Source: Candidatus Latescibacterota bacterium (lineage in GTDB: Bacteria > Latescibacterota > UBA2968). From it: 64,000 nt of DNA. Under the pieces are notes generated by a model that was not told where the DNA came from, did no database searches, and worked only from the letters and a program-made list of their open reading frames with translations. Within the stretch, counting starts at the first letter, position 1. Each line of letters starts with the position of its first letter. Made by a program: the position numbers and the translations under genes. Positions 46,444 through 55,282 of the stretch are shown in pieces. Location: NCBI GenBank assembly GCA_965204375.1, contig OZ241986.1, positions 1,824,001-1,888,000 on the forward strand. Reading direction: 5' to 3'.

Positions 46444-48966
46444 CTATAGCCACTCGTCCATCCCCGCGTCTTGCAGAGCACCCAACAAATGGGGCACGCC
46501 AAAAAACAGCAGGCTCAAGTACATCGGACTCAGTCCCACTGCGCCGCGCCTTTTGGGATCGTCGCTCCAATCCTGTGATTCGGCCAGGCGGCGCAGCAGT
46601 TGCCGGCCCACCTCCAAATAGCCTCGCTCGCCTGTCAGCCTGTACGCATAGCTCAAGTGGCGACACAGCACCCCACCATAGCGCTGCTTCCATGCCATTT
46701 CGGGATCGAAAACACCAGGCCCACCGCAAAACCAATCCACGGCCCGCAGATAGCATTCGGCCACATCGGTCCGGTCGGTCAGTCGGTGCAGCAATTCGAG
46801 GCCAATCATTAAATAGTGGGTCTGATAGCCCTTTTGATCGGCGTAGGACAGCACGTGTTTGCCCGCGGCAGAAGCCCCGCCCAGAGCCTCGTGCTCAGCC
46901 GGAGTAAAAGGTGCTGCGGTGCCCATCTCCACAGCCAGGGTCGTGCCTTCGGTGGCCATGCCGTAGGGCGCCTGGTCGGGCAGCCGATCGGGGGTGGAAA
47001 CCTGAAAGCGCTTGTGCCAGCTGCCGTCGTCGTTCTGACCCCGGGCGATGACCTGAAAAATTTCTTCGGCGCGCTGTTTGAAACGCGCTTTGCCCGTTAG
47101 TTCCCACAAATACAGCAGACCGCGCAAAGTGTTGGCAATGCTGCGCAAACTAAAGGAGAAACGGGGATCTTCGCTCCAGCGATAGCGCAGGAAAAATTCG
47201 CCAGCTTCCCCGAGCACCTCCAATGTCCGGTGGTCGCCCGTCAAGTAGTAATAATCGATCCAGTTGTCGATAAAGGTGTGCGAAGCACAAGGCTCGTCGC
47301 CAAAGTGGTCGATGCTGTGTCGGAAACAACCACCGACCCGATACGGCCTGAGCGGGTGGTAGTGGCAGGTATCGACATCCATCGAGTGCCGGGTCATGGC
47401 CTCACCGAGACGGAACCAACGCCCTGCCCCGCTGCGCAAATACTGGATCCACACCCCGTGGCGCGGGTCCCACTCGCTGTTGCACCAGCCCCACCGGCCC
47501 CGGAAGCGCCAGTCCCCGGTCGATTCCTCCCAGGCCACGAGCACATCACCCCAGTCAAAAAAACCGCGCCAACGGTTGACTTCAATGCTGCGCGCCATCC
47601 ACTCGAGGAAGCCGTCGAGCATGCGCTCGGAGTGCGGAAAGGCATCTGCCGCGCGGACCGCAAAGCCGCCTGTGACCTGGCAGTGGGCCATCCAGCCGGG
47701 ATCAACCGCGACGTGTGGCCAATCGAGCAAAGCCGTCAGCCGTTGGGGAGCTTCTTCGCTGGTATTGCGCTGGAAGTAATCGATGAAAAATTCCGAGGTT
47801 TTGGCCGTGCCCAGGCCATCGCTGTACACGCCTTCTCCCTCGTGCCAGGCCACTTCCTCGGCATAGCGTTTGAAATGCAGTCGCCCGCCGTCCGGATCTT
47901 TCCACAAAAACACATCGATTCCCCCTCGATCCACGCCCAGCGCTTTGGGGTATTCCTCGGCCATATAGCGCAACGCCACCCCCACTCCGGCTTCCTCACT
48001 CTCCAACACGGCCCACCCACCGGCCCGTTCGCCTTCTGCTATCCTCTCTGAGCACCCGCCGCGCCGCCGATCCAGGCAGAAGTGGCGATCCTGGCGCTGA
48101 GCCAAAAGCAAGCCTTCGCCCTGACCCAGAATGCCTTCCATCCATCGATTCCCACCTACCCGATAGCGTCGTTTTCCCGCCCAATCCACCGGGATTCGCA
48201 CCGCCAGTTCCCGCAATTCGGTCTGCCCTGGATCGCAGGCCACCACGACGGTGTGCAGGACCCGCAAAAAGGCGTGACCAGCAAAGGCGTATATCCGCGT
48301 CACAAAACGAAAGGGTTGATAGCCGACGTAGTGGTGCATGGGCGCCTCGGATTCCAGGGCGCCTTCGCAGCGAATCACCGCCCGCAGAGGCCCGGATTCT
48401 TCCACCTGGACCCGGTATGCGCTTTCCCCCAGCGATGCCCGGCACATCCCACCCATGCCGTAAATCCGTCGCTGGGTCTCCCCGCTCTCAAAAGCCTCGC
48501 AAATATCGGCCCAACTGTCGCCGCCTTGCGAACTCACAGCGATTTCTTCGACAAAGCCATCGGCCTCCTGCCGTCCCAATGATACCGCGTGTACCAGGCC
48601 ATATCGCTGCCGGCTCACGGCAAAGCGCAGGGGGCCGGTACACACGACAATGCGCTCGTCGCTCTCGCTTATTTGCAGCCGATTCGCCGGAGCAGCACGA
48701 GGGGCTTCGCCGGCATAACACAAGTGGTAAACCGCCGATCCGACCATGTCGGCTTGAAAATCGATCAGGACCCACTTGATACTGCCGTCGGGCCAATGGC
48801 TCAGTGGACGACTTTGCAGGATTATACCCCGTCCCTGAGCATCCTCCAACCACAAATCGGCGCATTCGGCTACAGCCCCTTGTGGCAGGGGTACGCCCCG
48901 GGTCACAGGCCACGCACGGCGTTCGATCCCGCTCTCTTCCTGGACAGTCAATGTTAGACGTTGCAT
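46444..48966 (-). CDS. YetA/PcRGLX (exo-rhamnogalacturonan lyase)-like protein
   Basis: PVTRGVPLPQG, PLSHWPDGSIKWV, VEESGPLRAVI, WRGFFDWGD, WCNSE, AMTRHSMDVD, DYYYLTGD. ATG 48966 follows GGAGG; no signal peptide. Confidence 0.65.
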   Translation of the reverse strand: MQRLTLTVQEESGIERRAWPVTRGVPLPQGAVAECADLWLEDAQGRGIILQSRPLSHWPDGSIKWVLIDFQADMVGSAVYHLCYAGEAPRAAPANRLQISESDERIVVCTGPLRFAVSRQRYGLVHAVSLGRQEADGFVEEIAVSSQGGDSWADICEAFESGETQRRIYGMGGMCRASLGESAYRVQVEESGPLRAVIRCEGALESEAPMHHYVGYQPFRFVTRIYAFAGHAFLRVLHTVVVACDPGQTELRELAVRIPVDWAGKRRYRVGGNRWMEGILGQGEGLLLAQRQDRHFCLDRRRGGCSERIAEGERAGGWAVLESEEAGVGVALRYMAEEYPKALGVDRGGIDVFLWKDPDGGRLHFKRYAEEVAWHEGEGVYSDGLGTAKTSEFFIDYFQRNTSEEAPQRLTALLDWPHVAVDPGWMAHCQVTGGFAVRAADAFPHSERMLDGFLEWMARSIEVNRWRGFFDWGDVLVAWEESTGDWRFRGRWGWCNSEWDPRHGVWIQYLRSGAGRWFRLGEAMTRHSMDVDTCHYHPLRPYRVGGCFRHSIDHFGDEPCASHTFIDNWIDYYYLTGDHRTLEVLGEAGEFFLRYRWSEDPRFSFSLRSIANTLRGLLYLWELTGKARFKQRAEEIFQVIARGQNDDGSWHKRFQVSTPDRLPDQAPYGMATEGTTLAVEMGTAAPFTPAEHEALGGASAAGKHVLSYADQKGYQTHYLMIGLELLHRLTDRTDVAECYLRAVDWFCGGPGVFDPEMAWKQRYGGVLCRHLSYAYRLTGERGYLEVGRQLLRRLAESQDWSDDPKRRGAVGLSPMYLSLLFFGVPHLLGALQDAGMDEWL

Positions 48967-49171
48967 ATCTCCCTCCGCTCGTGAACACACCGGGTATTTT
49001 AAAACAGCTACTTAAAAAAAGCCAACATTTTACGCACTGCATTTGGGCAAGTTGGCAATGCACAAACACAAATCTTTCTTGTACTTGACTCATAGCCTAA
49101 AAGCTGGTATTGTTATGACTTCGAAAAATAAGTGGTGCTTTTGCTCAAACCCTTTTTTAAAAATACCCTTT

Positions 49172-50053
49172 ATGAACGCCGAACTGGTACAGGCGAAAAC
49201 ATTTGTAAATGACTTATTTGTTTTAATCAAATTTCGGATTGGACTAATGGTCGTGTTCAGCACTTCTGTGGGATATGTGCTCGGCATGGGATACAGTCCC
49301 GATCCGATTCACATCTTCCATGTGCTATTCGCCACTTTTTTGACCACTTCTGGCACAGGTATTTTAAACCAGTTTATGGAGCGCGAGCGCGATGCGAGAA
49401 TGGGGCGCACCGCTGATCGACCACTCCCTGCAGGACGCATTGCGCCAGAACTGGCCTTTTGCTTCGGTTTGATTTTGAGTGGTATGGGCATTGTCTATTT
49501 GGGGGTGCTGGTCAACTATTTGACCGCGCTGGTGGGCTTATTAACCGTGGTGGTATATTTGCTTCTCTATACGCCCTTAAAGCCCAAAACGCCGCACAAT
49601 ACAGCGATTGGAGCCATCGCAGGCGCATTGCCGCCAGTGGGAGGATGGACCGCAGCAACAGGTGTTTTAAGTGGCGAAGCACTGGCCTTGTTTGGCATTT
49701 TGTTTTTGTGGCAATTCCCCCATTTTTTGTCCATAGCTTGGCTTTATCGAGAAGATTATGCACGCGGTGGGTTTCGCATGCTGCCCATAGAAGACCCGCA
49801 AGGCCATAGAACCGCCCATCAGGTGGTACTTTATACCCTGGTCTTGTTGTCGTGCAGCCTGATGCCAGCGCTACTGGGTATGGCTGGTGTCGCGTATTTC
49901 GGCGTTGCCGTGTTGCTCGGCCTGGGCTTGTTGTACGCCAGTTTGACCTTCGCGCAGTCGCGCACGGATGTATTAGCACGCCGCCTGATGCGAGCAACGC
50001 TCATATATCTGCCCGTATTGTGGACAGTGATGATGTTGGACAAAATTACGTGA
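49172..50053 (+). CDS. ctaB: Heme o synthase (protoheme IX farnesyltransferase)
   Basis: NQFMERERDARMGRTADRPLPAGRI, YTPLK, GALPP, FLWQFPHF, YREDYARGG. Confidence 0.95.
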   Translation: MNAELVQAKTFVNDLFVLIKFRIGLMVVFSTSVGYVLGMGYSPDPIHIFHVLFATFLTTSGTGILNQFMERERDARMGRTADRPLPAGRIAPELAFCFGLILSGMGIVYLGVLVNYLTALVGLLTVVVYLLLYTPLKPKTPHNTAIGAIAGALPPVGGWTAATGVLSGEALALFGILFLWQFPHFLSIAWLYREDYARGGFRMLPIEDPQGHRTAHQVVLYTLVLLSCSLMPALLGMAGVAYFGVAVLLGLGLLYASLTFAQSRTDVLARRLMRATLIYLPVLWTVMMLDKIT

Positions 50054-50079
50054 GACAAGTGTGCATCCGATTTGGAAGA

Positions 50080-50118
50080 TACAGGAGGTGATAGGCTGAC
50101 CTATCACCTTTCTTTGTA
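50080..50118 (+). terminator. Intergenic hairpin between ctaB and the ABC ATPase
   Basis: GGAGGTGATAGG-CTGA-CCTATCACCTTT followed by a T-rich tail. Confidence 0.55.
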
Positions 50119-50135
50119 TATGCAGGAGCAGTCAA

Positions 50136-51059
50136 TTGCAAGTAGCAATAAATGTCGAAAATGTGAGCCACAAATTTGGCGAGCGCGTGGCATTAGACAG
50201 TATCACATTACAGGTGATGGCCGGAGAGATGTACGGCCTGTTGGGGCCAAATGGCGGCGGGAAGACCACCCTATTTCGCATGTTGTGTACTATGCTGCCT
50301 CCCGATCACGGCACGATTCGCCTGTTGGGCAAAAACGCCACTGCCAGTACTGTGCGCACACGCATCGGAGTGGTATTTCAGCACCCCAGCTTAGATGCGC
50401 GTTTGACTGTATTGGAGAATTTACGCCATCAAGGCCATCTCTATGGCTTGAAAGGTCGCTTGCTCTTCCAACGCATTGAAGAAGTCCTCGACATGATGAC
50501 CCTCACAGATCGCGCAAAAGATCGAGTCGAAGTACTATCCGGCGGATTACAGCGGCGCGTTGAACTGTGCAAAAGTTTGTTGCACCGCCCCGAAATATTG
50601 ATCTTTGATGAACCCTGCACAGGGCTTGATCCCGGTGCGCGTCGGAGGTTTTGGGACGATCTGGATATTTTGCGGCAGACCTATGGCACGACACTGATAT
50701 TGACGACCCATTTTATAGAAGAAGCCGAGCGTTGTGACCGCATTGGCATTTTAGATCGCGGACGGCTAATTGCCGAAGGCACGCCCGAGGCATTGAAGCG
50801 TACAGTCGGTTGTGAAGTAATTACCCTTGAGACACGCGACTCCAAAAGCCTGCAATTACAAATCGAAAAAATTGTGGGCCGCGATGTCCAGATAATTGAC
50901 GGGCAGGTGCGTATTGCCTGCGATAACGGGCAAAGGCTGTTGGCACAGTTGTATCCCCTTCTACGAGAGGAGGTTCACGCCCTGACCTTAAGCGAGCCTA
51001 CACTTGAGGATGTTTTTGTGCAGCGAACAGGACACGGATTTCACGTGGAGGATCAGTAG
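50136..51059 (+). CDS. ABC transporter ATP-binding protein (DrrA-like)
   Basis: Walker A GPNGGGKT, signature LSGG, Walker B ILIFDEP, TTH. Confidence 0.93.
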   Translation: MQVAINVENVSHKFGERVALDSITLQVMAGEMYGLLGPNGGGKTTLFRMLCTMLPPDHGTIRLLGKNATASTVRTRIGVVFQHPSLDARLTVLENLRHQGHLYGLKGRLLFQRIEEVLDMMTLTDRAKDRVEVLSGGLQRRVELCKSLLHRPEILIFDEPCTGLDPGARRRFWDDLDILRQTYGTTLILTTHFIEEAERCDRIGILDRGRLIAEGTPEALKRTVGCEVITLETRDSKSLQLQIEKIVGRDVQIIDGQVRIACDNGQRLLAQLYPLLREEVHALTLSEPTLEDVFVQRTGHGFHVEDQ

Positions 51060-51829
51060 TGCGAATGGCTTTCTGGTTGCCCGTAGTATCGCTCTGGCGG
51101 CGCGAACTGGTGCGCTTTGCTCGAGACCGCAATCGATTATTCGGTGCAATAGGCCAACCTCTCGTATTCTGGTTGCTATTGGGCGCCGGTTTTGAAAAGT
51201 CTTTCGCACCCCTGGGTATTTCCAGTGGATATCTGGAATATATTTATCCGGGAATATTATTGCTGATTGTGTTATTTACAGCGATCTTTTCGACCATTTC
51301 GGTCATTGAAGACCGGCGTGAAGGATTTATGCAATCGGTGCTGGTCGCACCCGTATCCCGGATCGGATTGGTGCTCGGCAAGGTTTTGGGTGGGGGAACT
51401 CTCGCCTTTTTGGAAAGCCTGGTATTTTTGGTATTTTTGGCATTTTTAGATATTCCAATCAGCATCGTATCTCTGGGCATGACCCTCATATTTTTAGCTG
51501 TACTGGGCATTGCCCTCACAGCTCTGGGCTTTGCGATAGCCTGGCAGGCTTCATCCACTGCGGGATTTCACGCGGTGATGAATTTGTTATTATTCCCCAT
51601 GTGGGCGCTGTCTGGCGCATTTTTCCCCGCAGAAGGCGCGTCGCGCTGGCTGGCGTACCTGATGGCAATAAATCCATTGACTTACGGTATGGATGGTTTG
51701 CGCCAATCTCTTTACCTCACCACGTCTGGCGCAAATACCCATTTGTGGTTTTGTGGTATAATAAGTGTGGCTTTTGCAGTTCTGGCCCTCAGTGCAGCCG
51801 TGTGGCAGGTATGTCGAAAAGAGAAATAA
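51059..51829 (+). CDS. ABC-2 type permease
   Basis: Six TM segments; EDRREGF...LVAPVSR...LGK, LSGAFFP, NPLTY. Confidence 0.92.
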   Translation: MRMAFWLPVVSLWRRELVRFARDRNRLFGAIGQPLVFWLLLGAGFEKSFAPLGISSGYLEYIYPGILLLIVLFTAIFSTISVIEDRREGFMQSVLVAPVSRIGLVLGKVLGGGTLAFLESLVFLVFLAFLDIPISIVSLGMTLIFLAVLGIALTALGFAIAWQASSTAGFHAVMNLLLFPMWALSGAFFPAEGASRWLAYLMAINPLTYGMDGLRQSLYLTTSGANTHLWFCGIISVAFAVLALSAAVWQVCRKEK

Positions 51830-51901
51830 GTCAGGGGCTGGGGCTGGGAGAACTTCACAAATTTCTGGAACAGAAACCTTATTTAATTGTTGGATATTGT
51901 A

Positions 51902-51929
51902 TTGACAAAATGAATCCTTGGCGTAGTAT
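51902..51929 (+). promoter_or_regulatory. Putative promoter, possibly giving a near-leaderless transcript
   Basis: TTGACA (51902-51907), 16-nt spacer, TAGTAT ending 9 nt before ATG 51939; no Shine-Dalgarno. Confidence 0.45.
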
Positions 51930-51938
51930 GGTCTCGTC

Positions 51939-52673
51939 ATGCAGAAACTAACGCATCTATTATTTTTTATTTGTGTCTGTATGTCCTGCCTTGGTGGCTG
52001 TAGCTTGCTCGACCGTCAGCAAGGGCCCGAATTACTGGATTTGCGCACAGATCGAGGGCCTGACCCATCAGTGGGGCGTGGACAGGAAGTACAAATTACC
52101 ATCGTGACGGATGATCCAGACAATGATGAGTTGGATTTTCGCTGGATTGCGACCGGAGGAGAATTTGCTGCCAGCCGTGCAGATACGCTGATTGACCTGT
52201 TTCAAGATTCGGTAACAGTTGTATGGAAAGCACCCATTGAACCCGGTGTTTACGAGCTGTTTTTAGAATTGGGTGACGGCCAATCTGAAATATTGGTGAC
52301 CTCGGGCGTGCGTATTGCCGTCACACAAGCCCCTCCCATTGCTGTTGTCGGTCCAGATCGGGAATTGGGTTTTCACGATGAGTTGCGCGTGGTCTTAGAT
52401 GGCACTGGTAGTTCGGATCCAGATCAAGATGCACTGATGTATTTTTGGACACAGATTTCGGGACCGCGCGTGGGATTGCAAAATAGCAGTGGACCATCGC
52501 CCGAGTTTCCCGTGCCTGCACCGGCAGATTATATTTTTGAACTGCGCGTGGCAGACTTGATACAGGGAGTGGGCGATACGAGCAATGTGGTAGTTACACG
52601 GGTTCGCATAACAGACCGCACTGGGCGCGTGACCAGATCCGGCCTTGCTCGGCTATTGGACCGCGGGCAGTGA
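51939..52673 (+). CDS. Lipoprotein with two PKD/Ig-like domains
   Basis: Lipobox LGGC; DDPDNDELDFRW; LDGTGSSDPDQDALMYFWTQISGP. Confidence 0.75.
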   Translation: MQKLTHLLFFICVCMSCLGGCSLLDRQQGPELLDLRTDRGPDPSVGRGQEVQITIVTDDPDNDELDFRWIATGGEFAASRADTLIDLFQDSVTVVWKAPIEPGVYELFLELGDGQSEILVTSGVRIAVTQAPPIAVVGPDRELGFHDELRVVLDGTGSSDPDQDALMYFWTQISGPRVGLQNSSGPSPEFPVPAPADYIFELRVADLIQGVGDTSNVVVTRVRITDRTGRVTRSGLARLLDRGQ

Positions 52674-52712
52674 AAGAAAGCGCGAATATCCATACTACAG
52701 GGCTTTGGGATT

Positions 52713-52742
52713 AAAGAGCAGGCAATAACCTGCTCTTTTTTT
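52713..52742. terminator. Bidirectional terminator between convergent genes
   Basis: AAAGAGCAGG-CAATAA-CCTGCTCTTT followed by a T-run. Confidence 0.8.
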
Positions 52743-54868
52743 TAGAACAGACAGAGTTGATCGCGTGCGACAGGTTGAATCATGGGAAACAGACGGCGAA
52801 ATTCGCCATCGGGAAATAGAACGCGAAACCGCTCGGACATATCGTGCAATCGGCGCAACAAATAGCCCCGGTCTTCGTCATGGGTAAAAAATTCCGCGCG
52901 GGAAAGTGAGCCATCCTGGCACTGGTAAACCGCGATCCGCTCGCCAATGCGACACCCCTCAGCAGCCATAGCAAGTCGGCTCAGATTCGGGTTGGAAAAG
53001 GTTTTTTTGGTAATGCGTTCAAACCGGCAAAAATCTTCGGGATCAATTTCGCCATCTTGCAACTTGCGCCCAAGGGATAGATACACGCTGGAAGCAGCTT
53101 CGGTATCGCCATCGACGAGCAAGGGCGCAATCTCTGCAATAAACTGGCGAAAGATGCGCTCATCGCGTCGGCTTCGCAGGCTGCTGCCCACAAGCGATAA
53201 ACCGCCGTTGTAATCGATGAGAATATAATTTTTTGCCTTGAGACTGATCATCCCTTTAAAGCGACCGTCGTGCGAGAGATGAATACCACGGGGCAAGGCA
53301 GTCGAAATTTCCTCTATGAGTTGTTTTTCATCTGCCTCTGTCTTGACATGCGGTGGCGCGACAAAATAAGCCCCATCGGTATCCACTTCGATAATATCCC
53401 CACCGGCATCGCGCAACTCAGCCACGAGTTGGCGGGCGATTTGCTGCCCGATTACAGTAATTTTTTCCGCGGCGTGGTAGTCATTAAAACACGCGCGTCC
53501 GTATCCCAGATATCCGTAAAAAGAATTGATGAGAATTTTGTAACTGCCCTGCAGCCCATCCCAGTATGCGCGGTCGGTTTCGTCACATGCGCTTTGAAAA
53601 TTGGTCTTGGCCTCAAGGCGTCGCTGCGTGAGATGTTCGAGCATGGGCAAAAAAGCATTTTCAGTATCGGTAGCTGGCCGGATCTGTTGGGTCAGCATAA
53701 TCGATGGATAAAGGCTTTCGACATCGGCTTTAACCACCCGCTTAAAAATGCCCGAAGCCACGAGTCGCGTATAGCCACCGCTAAATCCCTTCGATGGACG
53801 CGGTTTGGGAATCGCGAGATTGCGCCGCAGATAAAGCCCAACCATGAGAGCGTTGATTTTCTCGCCCGGACCGCTGATCGCAGCGTCTTGAAAGCCATAG
53901 GGCAAAATCTGCGTCTGATAAAATTCAGTGGGAACGACTACCTCGCTGAGCGCTTTGACATCGCGCACATCGTCGAGCGCGTAGTCAATGAGACGTTGCG
54001 GATTGGTGCGCCAGGTATGGGCAATATCTTCCCCATCGACAAATGTGCGCCCTGCCCGCTCGAGACCGAGTGCATGGATGGCTTGCTTGAGGCCATAGCG
54101 CTCCAGCTTGCCCCCGGTATCATAACGCTGCACTTGTTGCAGCGTGTCGATAATATGTCGCCCATGGACATAAGCCGGGCGAAAGCCCGGGATTTGTGCC
54201 CCAACTTTGAAAACGCGCTGCCCATGCCCCGCACGCAATGCCGCCCCATCGCGCCCCCACCTGAGGGAAATGCCATAGTGTTGAGCGCGGACGACGAGAT
54301 AGGGCAAGTCAAATTCAAAAATATTGTGGCCTTCAATTGTATCGGGGTTGCGCGCTTCGATCACTTTGTTGAGGTTGCGAAGCAGATCTGCCTCACTCAT
54401 ATCCGTAGCACTCAATACAGTCTCATATCCCTGTGAATCGGAAATTGAGATGAGAATGATTTGTGCATCGGGTGCCGCAGGATCGAGCGTGAGGGTCTCG
54501 ATATCGAGTTGTAAGCGGTGGAGGTCGCCGTAGCGCATCTCTCGAAAGAGGGTTTGGCCCGAAAGCGTCAGATGCTGCCGCACGGGATTGTTAAAATTAA
54601 AATGCGGAATGCCATCCTGAGCGAGGCGGTCGCGTGCCGCGAGAAAATGAGACCAGTTGTGAAAGTGTATCCGCGCGCGAAATTCTCCGCCGCCTTTTAG
54701 ACGCACGCAATCTGAAACCCCTGAAAAGCCAGACCGGGCGGACTCTTCGGGCGTCTCAACGAGCAACCACGGGGAAAAGGGTTGCAGGTGGCAATTGTCG
54801 CGCGTGTAGAGCGCCATCTGATTCCCGCCGACGAGTTCGGCAGCGAGAACACCGGGGAGATAAGCCAT
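52742..54868 (-). CDS. polB: Family B DNA polymerase with 3'-5' exonuclease
   Basis: Exo I DIET, Exo II GHNIFEFDLPY, Exo III YALDD; Pol A DVESLYPS, Pol B KILINSFYGY, Pol C VDTDG. ATG 54868 follows GGAG. Confidence 0.93.
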   Translation of the reverse strand: MAYLPGVLAAELVGGNQMALYTRDNCHLQPFSPWLLVETPEESARSGFSGVSDCVRLKGGGEFRARIHFHNWSHFLAARDRLAQDGIPHFNFNNPVRQHLTLSGQTLFREMRYGDLHRLQLDIETLTLDPAAPDAQIILISISDSQGYETVLSATDMSEADLLRNLNKVIEARNPDTIEGHNIFEFDLPYLVVRAQHYGISLRWGRDGAALRAGHGQRVFKVGAQIPGFRPAYVHGRHIIDTLQQVQRYDTGGKLERYGLKQAIHALGLERAGRTFVDGEDIAHTWRTNPQRLIDYALDDVRDVKALSEVVVPTEFYQTQILPYGFQDAAISGPGEKINALMVGLYLRRNLAIPKPRPSKGFSGGYTRLVASGIFKRVVKADVESLYPSIMLTQQIRPATDTENAFLPMLEHLTQRRLEAKTNFQSACDETDRAYWDGLQGSYKILINSFYGYLGYGRACFNDYHAAEKITVIGQQIARQLVAELRDAGGDIIEVDTDGAYFVAPPHVKTEADEKQLIEEISTALPRGIHLSHDGRFKGMISLKAKNYILIDYNGGLSLVGSSLRSRRDERIFRQFIAEIAPLLVDGDTEAASSVYLSLGRKLQDGEIDPEDFCRFERITKKTFSNPNLSRLAMAAEGCRIGERIAVYQCQDGSLSRAEFFTHDEDRGYLLRRLHDMSERFRVLFPDGEFRRLFPMIQPVARDQLCLF

Positions 54869-55000
54869 TGTGTTGCTCCAATTTGTTGCGGGAGATGGGG
54901 GAAGTATCCTGCTAAAATATAGCCAATTTTTATACGCCCTGCAATGTGATGGGTTCACAAACCACGAAGTCACGCATTTCTCAAGCCTTTTGATTGACGT

Positions 55001-55075
55001 ATAAAGCTGCGTGGAGATCGCACAGAAGCGGCAGTGAAGGCGTTATTGTCCAATGGATCTATTTCAGCTAATTGA
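55001..55075 (+). pseudogene. Relic 3' end of a thioredoxin (TlpA)-terminated gene paralogous to the downstream M56 fusions
   Basis: Translates IKLRGDRTEAAVKALLSNGSISAN*, versus LKLRGTRTEAAVRALLAT and MNLRGERTEEAVKALLATG at the ends of the two downstream genes. No upstream open frame. Confidence 0.75.
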
Positions 55076-55096
55076 TATCGCGTTAATATACGTCCC

Positions 55097-55126
55097 AAAC
55101 CGCCCGGTAACAACGGGCGGTTTTTT
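55097..55126 (+). terminator. Rho-independent terminator after the relic
   Basis: AAACCGCCCG-GTAACAA-CGGGCGGTTT followed by TTT. Confidence 0.8.
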
Positions 55127-55166
55127 ATTTTGAGTCAACTTCAACCTCCTGTGCCAAAAAAATCAT

Positions 55167-55248
55167 TGCTAATTATTTCGCTATTTGGACTTGACAGCGA
55201 ATTTTTAATAGGATATTTTTCCATAACTGATATGCTAATTATTTCGCA
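55167..55248 (+). promoter_or_regulatory. blaI promoter flanked by two identical 15-bp operator candidates
   Basis: TGCTAATTATTTCGC at 55167-55181 and 55233-55247; between them TTGACA (55191), 17-nt spacer, TATTTT (55214). Confidence 0.75.
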
Positions 55249-55282
55249 TCGTATCATTCAGGCAAATAAAAAGGAGCTAAAA

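Noticed and set aside
47230-48051. 273-aa + strand ORF and other long ORFs around it
   Set aside because: Antisense shadows of the GC-rich lyase-like gene; long stop-free frames are expected at high GC.
53270-54436. 388-aa + strand ORF
   Set aside because: It lies entirely antisense to polB and has no motifs; typical shadow ORF.
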